Part shown: positions 7,301-12,796 of the stretch, one piece after another
Layout of the letters: every line of letters begins with the position of its first letter
Numbering within the stretch: position 1 is the stretch's first letter
Virus record (IMG/VR): IMGVR_UViG_2879742664_000002
DNA length: 13,683 nt
Strand: one strand, 5' to 3'
From: a virus
Taxonomy: Duplodnaviria; Heunggongvirae; Uroviricota; Caudoviricetes
The notes under the pieces: generated by a model
Seen by the model: the letters and a program-made list of their open reading frames with translations, nothing else
Told to the model about the DNA's origin: nothing
Database searches by the model: none
Program-made: the position numbers and the translations under genes

Positions 7301-7546
7301 ATGTCAGAAATCACATCCCTGGTCACTGCAGAGGCAGTGAAGGAAGTCCTGCGCTCTGAAGAAGTCCGGAGCGCACTGAAACAGAAACTTCGCCAGAATC
7401 TTGAGTCGCGTCTTGATGCAGAAGTGGATGCCATTCTGGATGAGCTGCTGGGCGTAGCAGCGGTTCCTGAGCCGGAAGGTATCGCGGGTGACGGGAGTGC
7501 TTCAGATGGCGGTGAACCTACACCTGACAGCGACATGATGATGTAA
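7301..7546 (+). CDS. Hypothetical acidic protein (81 aa)
   Basis: ATG 7301 after a purine-rich stretch (gagaaaa); helical-looking, strongly acidic C-terminus (...[26 protein letters not shown]). Lies immediately upstream of the holin. Confidence 0.45.
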   Translation: MSEITSLVTAEAVKEVLRSEEVRSALKQKLRQNLESRLDAEVDAILDELLGVAAVPEPEGIAGDGSASDGGEPTPDSDMMM

Positions 7547-7622
7547 GCATGCGCAAGGGACCATCGGTGTGTGCCGGTGGTCTTTATATTGTTGTGAGCT
7601 TCCGGATTGCGGGAGACGGGGT

Positions 7623-7838
7623 ATGTACCAGATGGAAAAAATCACAACAGGTGTGTCATACACCACGTCAGCGGTGGGAACGGGCTACTGGTTCCTGCAG
7701 TTGCTGGACAGGTTTTCCCCGTCTCAGTGGGCGGCAATAGGCGTGCTGGGGAGTCTGTTGTTTGGGCTGCTGACATATCTGACTAACCTGTATTTCAAAA
7801 TCAGAGAGGACCGTCGTAAGGCGGCGCGGGGAGAGTAA
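7623..7838 (+). CDS. S: Holin, phage 21 S-like (pinholin type)
   Basis: 71-aa [74 protein letters not shown] with two hydrophobic segments and a basic C-terminus. RBS GGGAGACGGGG; two in-frame ATGs (7623, 7632). Confidence 0.8.
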   Translation: MYQMEKITTGVSYTTSAVGTGYWFLQLLDRFSPSQWAAIGVLGSLLFGLLTYLTNLYFKIREDRRKAARGE

Positions 7839-7842
7839 AGCG

Positions 7843-8187
7843 ATGAAGAAAAAATACGAACTGGTTGTTAAAGGGATAAATAATTACCCGAATAAGATTA
7901 CTGTTACTGTGGCACTGGAAATTGGTGGGTATCCGTCACTGTTGTTGCCAGATGTGGCGATTAGTCTTGACCGTACTGAAGATGCCACGCTGGAGTTTTA
8001 CGAAGCTGAGGCGAAAAAGCAGGCGAAGCAGTTTTTCATGGATGTTGCTGCCGGGTTATGTGAAGGGGATGGTCCGTTGCCGGAAAAGCGCCCCGTAATT
8101 TTAGAGGCGCAGGATGTGTTGATAACCTACAGAGGAAAACTACCGGGAATAATTACTGGTTCTCTGAAGACTCCACCGCTGGCCTGA
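7843..8187 (+). CDS. Hypothetical soluble protein (114 aa) between holin and endolysin
   Basis: ATG 7843 only 5 bp after the holin stop with GGAGAG RBS; no hydrophobic segment; no family recognised by eye. Confidence 0.5.
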   Translation: MKKKYELVVKGINNYPNKITVTVALEIGGYPSLLLPDVAISLDRTEDATLEFYEAEAKKQAKQFFMDVAAGLCEGDGPLPEKRPVILEAQDVLITYRGKLPGIITGSLKTPPLA

Positions 8188-8237
8188 AGACTTAACATAT
8201 CCAGGGATTTGAAATCGATAAACCCTGATAAATATCC

Positions 8238-8771
8238 ATGAACACCAAAATCAAATACGGCCTGTCGGCTGCCGTTCTGGCGCTGATTGCCGCAGGTGCG
8301 CCTGCGCCTGAAATCCTCGACCAGTTTCTGGATGAAAAGGAAGGTAACCACACCACGGCATACCGTGATGGCGCGGGTATCTGGACCATCTGCCGCGGTG
8401 CCATCCTGGTGGATAGTAAACCTGTCGTCCCGGGCATGAAGTTGTCGAAGGAAAAATGCGACCAGGTCAACGCCATTGAGCGTGATAAGGCGCTGGCATG
8501 GGTGGAGCGCAATATTAAAGTGCCGCTGACCGAACCCCAGAAAGCGGGTATCGCGTCATTTTGTCCCTATAACATTGGCCCCGGTAAGTGTTTCCCGTCG
8601 ACGTTTTACAGACGGATTAATGCTGGTGACCGCAGGGGAGCATGCGAAGCGATTCGCTGGTGGATTAAGGACGGTGGCAGAGACTGCCGTATCCGCTCAA
8701 ATAATTGCTACGGTCAGGTATCCCGGCGAGACCAGGAAAGTGCGCTGGCGTGCTGGGACATCGACAGATAA
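8238..8771 (+). CDS. R: SAR endolysin (T4-lysozyme-like GH24 muramidase with N-terminal signal-anchor-release segment)
   Basis: 177-aa ORF; N-terminal Gly/Ala-rich weakly hydrophobic segment (GLSAAVLALIAAGAPAP) followed by the catalytic E...D...T signature (EGNHTTAYRDGAGIWTICRG). Confidence 0.85.
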   Translation: MNTKIKYGLSAAVLALIAAGAPAPEILDQFLDEKEGNHTTAYRDGAGIWTICRGAILVDSKPVVPGMKLSKEKCDQVNAIERDKALAWVERNIKVPLTEPQKAGIASFCPYNIGPGKCFPSTFYRRINAGDRRGACEAIRWWIKDGGRDCRIRSNNCYGQVSRRDQESALACWDIDR

Positions 8772-8861
8772 GCAGAATATTTTGCTGAAAATAAGGCATG
8801 AGCACGCGGACGGATAACACGAAATCCTGCGAACTGGCGAAACGTAAGTGAATAAAAGTAA

Positions 8862-8900
8862 AAACCCCGTTTGTTGGCACCAGGCGGGGTTTTGTGTTTC
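8862..8900 (+). terminator. Intrinsic terminator/attenuator-like hairpin between R and the downstream small ORFs
   Basis: Stem aaaccccg (8862-8869) / cggggttt (8885-8892), extendable with G-U pairs to about 13 bp, followed by tttgtgtttc. Confidence 0.5.
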
Positions 8901-8926
8901 TGACCTTGAGTAAGGCAAGGGAGAAC

Positions 8927-9109
8927 ATGGCGAAGTATAAACGAATTCTGTTGAGGTTGACCATGAAAAACGGCCTTGAACTGAAAGCGCCTGTAACTGA
9001 TGACATCAGCAGAGCACTGGCTTTTGCCATTAAGTGGGTGGCGGTCGGTGTTGCTGTGTCCCCGATGCTGTATGGGCTGGCAAAACTGGTCATTGCGTTG
9101 AAATCGTGA
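8927..9109 (+). CDS. Hypothetical small membrane protein (60 aa)
   Basis: ATG 8927 with AAGGGAG upstream; basic N-terminal half (MAKYKRILLRLTMKNG...) and one C-terminal hydrophobic helix (WVAVGVAVSPMLYGLAKLVIAL). Confidence 0.4.
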   Translation: MAKYKRILLRLTMKNGLELKAPVTDDISRALAFAIKWVAVGVAVSPMLYGLAKLVIALKS

Positions 9110-9123
9110 AGGGAGGATTAAGC

Positions 9124-9255
9124 ATGTCAGACAAACTCATAACGCTGGCGAAGATCCTCTGTGTAATTGTCGGCATTTCATTTTCACTAATGCTGGTTGC
9201 TCTTTTTCTTTCCATGGCCTGGATGATGTTGTCTTCGTCGGGGCTGCTGGGGTGA
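9124..9255 (+). CDS. Hypothetical small hydrophobic protein (43 aa), translationally coupled to Rz
   Basis: ATG 9124 with strong GGGAGGA RBS at 6-nt spacing; almost entirely hydrophobic (ITLAKILCVIVGISFSLMLVALFLSMAWMML); stop TGA 9253-9255 overlaps the Rz GTG start (9252-9254). Confidence 0.45.
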   Translation: MSDKLITLAKILCVIVGISFSLMLVALFLSMAWMMLSSSGLLG

Positions 9256-9650
9256 ACATAAACCGAATGCTTTCCGCGTTTACCGTTATTCTGCTGGTGG
9301 TCTGTGGTGCGCTGTGGCTGGCAACAGACCATTACCGTGATAACGCCATCACCTACAAAGCGCAGCGCGATAAAAAAGCCAGAGAGCTGGAGCTGGCAAA
9401 CGCAACCATTACTGACATGCAGCAGCGCCAGCGTGATGTTGCCGCTGGTCGTAAGCGCCTGCGGATCAACGCCACCTGCTCCGGTACCGTGCGTGAAGCC
9501 ACCGGCACCTCCGGAATGGATAATGCAACCGGCCCCCGACTGGCAGACACCGCTGAACGGGATTATTTCACCCTCAGAGAGCGGTTGATGACAATGCAGA
9601 AGCAACTGGAAGGGGCGCAGGAATATATCCGCACTCAGTGTATTAACTAG
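9252..9650 (+). CDS. Rz: Rz inner-membrane spanin (i-spanin)
   Basis: 132-aa ORF (start GTG 9252 or ATG 9267) with N-terminal TM helix then HYRDNAITYKAQRDK...RLADTAERDYFTLRERLMTMQKQLEGAQEYI, closely resembling lambda Rz as recalled. Confidence 0.85.
   Translation: MNINRMLSAFTVILLVVCGALWLATDHYRDNAITYKAQRDKKARELELANATITDMQQRQRDVAAGRKRLRINATCSGTVREATGTSGMDNATGPRLADTAERDYFTLRERLMTMQKQLEGAQEYIRTQCIN
9436..9588 (+). CDS. Rz1: Rz1 outer-membrane lipoprotein spanin (o-spanin), embedded in the +1 frame of Rz
   Basis: ATG 9436 inside Rz; MLPLVVSACGSTPPAPVPCVKPPAPPEWIMQPAPDWQTPLNGIISPSESG has a lipobox (VSAC) and proline-rich body like lambda Rz1. Confidence 0.8.
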   Translation: MLPLVVSACGSTPPAPVPCVKPPAPPEWIMQPAPDWQTPLNGIISPSESG

Positions 9651-9673
9651 TATTTTTGTTATCCGGAGAATGC

Positions 9674-9898
9674 ATGAAGAAATTACTGGTAACCGTAAAG
9701 CCTTTTCAGGGAACAATTCCGTTCCGTATTTTGCAGCGTGGTCGTGTTCTTGTTGAAGGTTCGTTCAGTGGTAAATGTACGCAATTACACTCCCGGACCT
9801 TTCAGGTGAATGCCACGAATGAAGAGCTAACCGTTGAGTGTACGATGAATGCCGCTAAATGCCGCATGGTATCCGCTGCATTACAGCCAGTGTGTTGA
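9674..9898 (+). CDS. Hypothetical small protein (74 aa, four Cys)
   Basis: ATG 9674 with GGAGA RBS at 5-nt spacing, 24 bp after the Rz stop; no signal peptide or TM segment; no recognisable family. Confidence 0.45.
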   Translation: MKKLLVTVKPFQGTIPFRILQRGRVLVEGSFSGKCTQLHSRTFQVNATNEELTVECTMNAAKCRMVSAALQPVC

Positions 9899-9933
9899 GC
9901 GACCTTATTAACCATGCGCGGTATTGTCGCCGT

Positions 9934-9996
9934 ATCCCCGCATTAACAGAGACCGCAGCCCGACCGGGAGACTCCTCTGCGCGAGTGTGCGGGGAT
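9934..9996. repeat. Nested inverted-repeat element (potential long stem-loop) in a 338-bp non-coding region
   Basis: Outer 9-bp inverted repeat atccccgca (9934-9942) / tgcggggat (9988-9996) enclosing inner inverted repeat cagag (9947-9951) / ctctg (9975-9979); GC-rich, no T-tract on either side. Confidence 0.35.
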
Positions 9997-10179
9997 AATC
10001 AAAAACGATACACACCGGGGTTTACCGCGTTAACGGAGCGCGGCGTTGTCCCCTCATGGTCGCTGGTCCGGTGCGATGGTGGAAGAAACCGGACGATGTG
10101 TTACCTCGCAAGCTCTGTTATGTCATGTGTCTGATTTGTGATTTAAGTCGGATAATTGTCGTTGCCATTAAGCAGAGGA

Positions 10180-10222
10180 TTGATGACCGACAGGGTGGCA
10201 TTGTTAGAATAAGACTTATTCT
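10180..10222 (+). promoter_or_regulatory. Candidate promoter with overlapping perfect palindromic operator upstream of the TonB-C lipoprotein gene
   Basis: TTGATG (10180-10185) and TAGAAT (10205-10210) separated by 19 bp; 17-bp perfect palindrome AGAATAAG-A-CTTATTCT at 10206-10222 overlaps the -10-like hexamer, 14 bp before ATG 10237. Confidence 0.3.
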
Positions 10223-10236
10223 TATCTGTGCCGGGA

Positions 10237-10569
10237 ATGAAAATGAAAAGAAACCTTCCGTTAATTATTTTGTTGTCTTCTCTGGTTATGGGCTGTACGC
10301 AACATAAAACAGATATGCCCCGACAGTTGGTTAAGGCATTACCACAATATCCGGCCTATGCAGCGGCAAATTATATAAAGGGACGGGTTGATGTGAAGTT
10401 TGATATTGGTGCTGATGGTACTGTCACCCGAATTGAGTTTATCCGTTCAGAGCCGCACCATTTGTTTGATGAGCAGGTTGTAAAGGCGATGGCAAAATGG
10501 CGATTTGAGAAGGACAGGCCGTGTAAAGGCGTGAAGAAAACGTTTATCTTTAGTCCTTCTGCACCCTGA
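10237..10569 (+). CDS. Lipoprotein with TonB C-terminal domain (TonB_C-like), prophage accessory gene
   Basis: Signal peptide with lipobox (MKMKRNLPLIILLSSLVMGC, Thr at +2). Mature region PQYPAYAAANYIKGRVDVKFDIGADGTVTRIEFIRSEPHHLFDEQVVKAMAKWRFE aligns by eye with E. coli TonB C-terminal domain ([34 protein letters not shown]...FEREVKNAMRRWRYE). Start could be ATG 10237 or 10243. Confidence 0.75.
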   Translation: MKMKRNLPLIILLSSLVMGCTQHKTDMPRQLVKALPQYPAYAAANYIKGRVDVKFDIGADGTVTRIEFIRSEPHHLFDEQVVKAMAKWRFEKDRPCKGVKKTFIFSPSAP

Positions 10570-10700
10570 TTATTTCATCAGAAATTAATTATCACTCTGT
10601 TGTTATTCTGTACATCCCGGCAGGGTAAGTCTTGTTCCGTCGGATATGAAGATGAAATATTGTTGGAGGACAGTGGGTACCTGCTCCTGTAACCGAACGT

Positions 10701-10901
10701 TCATTTCTCGTTATTTTTCATGCTGGCCGGGCGCAGATGCGTTGCATCTGTTGCCAGCCTTCTCCTGCAGGCTTCAATAACCCACGCTGAAAAGTTTCCT
10801 GAACCTTTCAGATCAAGAGCGATGTTAATTTGTTCAATCATCTGGTTTGGAAATCGGATGTTGCGGGTTGTTGTTCTGCGGGTTCTGTTCTTTGATGACA
10901 T
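10701..10901 (-). CDS. Small ribbon-helix-helix (CopG/Arc-like) DNA-binding protein
   Basis: 66-aa minus-strand ORF, ATG at 10899-10901 with GGGGA upstream; basic N-terminal strand then two helices (TRNIRFPNQMIEQINIALDLKGSGNFSAWVIEACRRRL). Convergent with the lipoprotein gene. Confidence 0.6.
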   Translation of the reverse strand: MSSKNRTRRTTTRNIRFPNQMIEQINIALDLKGSGNFSAWVIEACRRRLATDATHLRPASMKNNEK

Positions 10902-10986
10902 AATGTTTCCCCATATTCAGTGTTGCTGATTTGTATTATCTGAAGTTGCTTTTACGTTAATTTGATGCAGATCAATCAATACGATA

Positions 10987-12415
10987 GTAAGCGTCAACGG
11001 AGCACCGTATTGACGCTTATTTATTGGTGAGTGCTACGTTCCATGGCAGGAGTTCGTCAACACGGTTGGAAGGCCATTCCGGCAGTACGCTCAGGATATA
11101 GCGCAGATACGCTTCCGGATCGATACCGTTCAGTCGGCAGGTGCCGATCAGCCCGTACAGTAGCGCACCACGCTCTCCACCGTGATCGCTGCCGAAGAAC
11201 ATAAAGTTTTTCTTTCCGAGACAGACTGCACGAAGCGCTCTTTCCGCGGCATTATTATCCGCCTCAGCCAGACCATCATCACTGAAGTTGCACAACGCAA
11301 CCCAGTGCTTCCTGATATACCGGAACGCATCTCTCAGACGGCATTTTTTCGATAACGTGTGTTCTTTCTCCTGCATCAGCTTATACAGGGAAGTCAGTAG
11401 CGGTTTACTCTGCATTTGCCTGACCGCCAGGCGTTCAGACACCGGCAACCCGCGTATTTCGTGCTCGATGGCGTACAGCTCACCGATTAGTTTCAGGGCT
11501 TCTTCCGCTGTCGCGCTTTTGGTACTGATATATACATCGTGGACTTTGCGCCGCGCATGAGCCCAGCATCCTGCTTCCGTCAACGCGCCGCCTTCTCGTT
11601 CGGCACTGAACAGCCGATCGTAACCATTAAACGCATCTGCCTGCAGGATACCCCGGAAGGGACTAAGGTGCTGCTCCGGATGTTTACCCTGATGGTCCGG
11701 TGAGTAGGCGAACCAGACCGCCGGAGGCTCTGGCGAACCGGCATTCCTGTCATCCCGGACATACGTCCAGATATATCCTGTTTTCGCCTTCTTCCTGCCC
11801 GGTGCCAGCACTTTTACTGGTGTGTCATCAGTGTGAACTTTGCGGCTGTTCATTACATAACGGTACAGAGCATCATTCAGCGGCGTCATTAACTGGCAGC
11901 ACGCGTCAACCCAGTTGGAGAGTAATGCACGGCTCAGTTCGACACCCTGACGGGCAAAAATTTCACTCTGACGATACAGTGGCAGGTGTTCGCAGTATTT
12001 TCCCGTTAACACGCGGGCAAGTAACCCCGGGCCCGCGATACCACGCTCTATCGGACGGGATGGTGCCGGTGCTTCAACGATGCAGTCACATTTTGTACAG
12101 GCTTTTTTTACCCGTTCTGTGCGGATCACTTTCAGAGCGCTGCTCACCAGTTCCAGTTGTTCTGCGCTGACTTCCCCCAGATAATCCAGCTCACCGCCAC
12201 ACTCCGGGCAACAGCTTTCTTCTGGCTCCAGGCGATTTATTTCGCGGGGCAGATGCTCCGGTAACGGGCGACGATGACGAGACTGTCGCAACTGGCGGGG
12301 AACCTGCGGATCGTCTTCCCGCCCACTGTAACGATCACTGTCCTGTTCGCGTTGTTTCAGCAGGGCCTCAGCCTGTTCAACTTCACGACGCAGTTTTTCA
12401 GAACGGGTACCGAAC
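10987..12415 (-). mobile_element. IS66-family element, right-end portion (terminal repeat plus tnpC), truncated by IS629
   Basis: GTAAGCG terminal motif at 10987-10993 (typical IS66 terminus as recalled); tnpC-type ORF on the minus strand; abuts the IS629 left terminus at 12416. Confidence 0.7.
11017..12415 (-). pseudogene. IS66-family transposase TnpC (DDE_Tnp_IS66 type), 5'-truncated by IS629
   Basis: Frame open from the IS629 junction with no ATG (FGTRSEKLRREVEQAEALLKQ... then CCPECGGEL zinc-ribbon motif, LPLYRQSEIFARQGVELSRALL, DDTPVKV, C-terminal LLPWNV); stop at 11017-11019. About the first 50 codons are missing. Confidence 0.8.
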
Positions 12416-12469
12416 TGAACCGCCCCGGGAATCCTGGAGACTAAACTCCCTGAGAAAGAGGTAAACAGG

Positions 12470-12796
12470 ATGACTAAAAATACTCGTTTTTCCCCCGAAG
12501 TCCGTCAGAGGGCGATTCGTATGGTTCTGGAAAGTCAGGGCGAATATGACTCACAGTGGGCGGCAATTTGTTCCATTGCCCCAAAGATTGGCTGTACACC
12601 GGAGACTCTGCGTGTCTGGGTACGCCAGCATGAGCGGGATACCGGAGGCGGTGATGGCGGGCTCACCACCGCTGAACGTCAGCGTCTGAAAGAGCTGGAA
12701 CGTGAAAATCGTGAACTGCGCCGCAGTAACGATATCCTTCGCCAGGCTTCCGCTTATTTTGCGAAGGCGGAGTTCGACCGCCTCTGGAAAAAGTGA
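12470..12796 (+). CDS. IS629 OrfA (copy 2)
   Basis: 108-aa ORF identical to copy 1 except Ile to Thr at residue 43 ([12 protein letters not shown]). Confidence 0.9.
   Translation: MTKNTRFSPEVRQRAIRMVLESQGEYDSQWAAICSIAPKIGCTPETLRVWVRQHERDTGGGDGGLTTAERQRLKELERENRELRRSNDILRQASAYFAKAEFDRLWKK

Noticed and set aside
7139-7546. Longer 135-aa version of the acidic ORF starting at 7139
   Set aside because: The upstream extension (MCCIFFRVGTGLCAISGAGRL...) overlaps the 7093 ORF in another frame and looks non-protein-like; the internal ATG 7301 is preferred, with low confidence.
8894-9109. TTG-initiated longer form of the 60-aa small ORF (from 8894)
   Set aside because: The extension overlaps the terminator hairpin and lacks an RBS; ATG 8927 with upstream AAGGGAG is the more plausible start.
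8665-9716. Long minus-strand ORFs (8665-9093, 142 aa; 9090-9716, 208 aa) across the lysis region
   Set aside because: Antisense to the endolysin, the small ORFs and Rz/Rz1, which are supported by homology and RBS spacing; no RBS or recognisable domains.
10203-10225. Fur box identity for the palindrome upstream of the TonB-C lipoprotein
   Set aside because: Tempting because of the TonB link, but the sequence matches the 19-bp Fur consensus (GATAATGATAATCATTATC) only loosely; kept as a generic operator candidate.
11700-12170. 156-aa plus-strand ORF inside the IS66 tnpC region
   Set aside because: Antisense to the tnpC frame, which has clear IS66 transposase motifs; Ser/Pro/Cys-rich shadow ORF.
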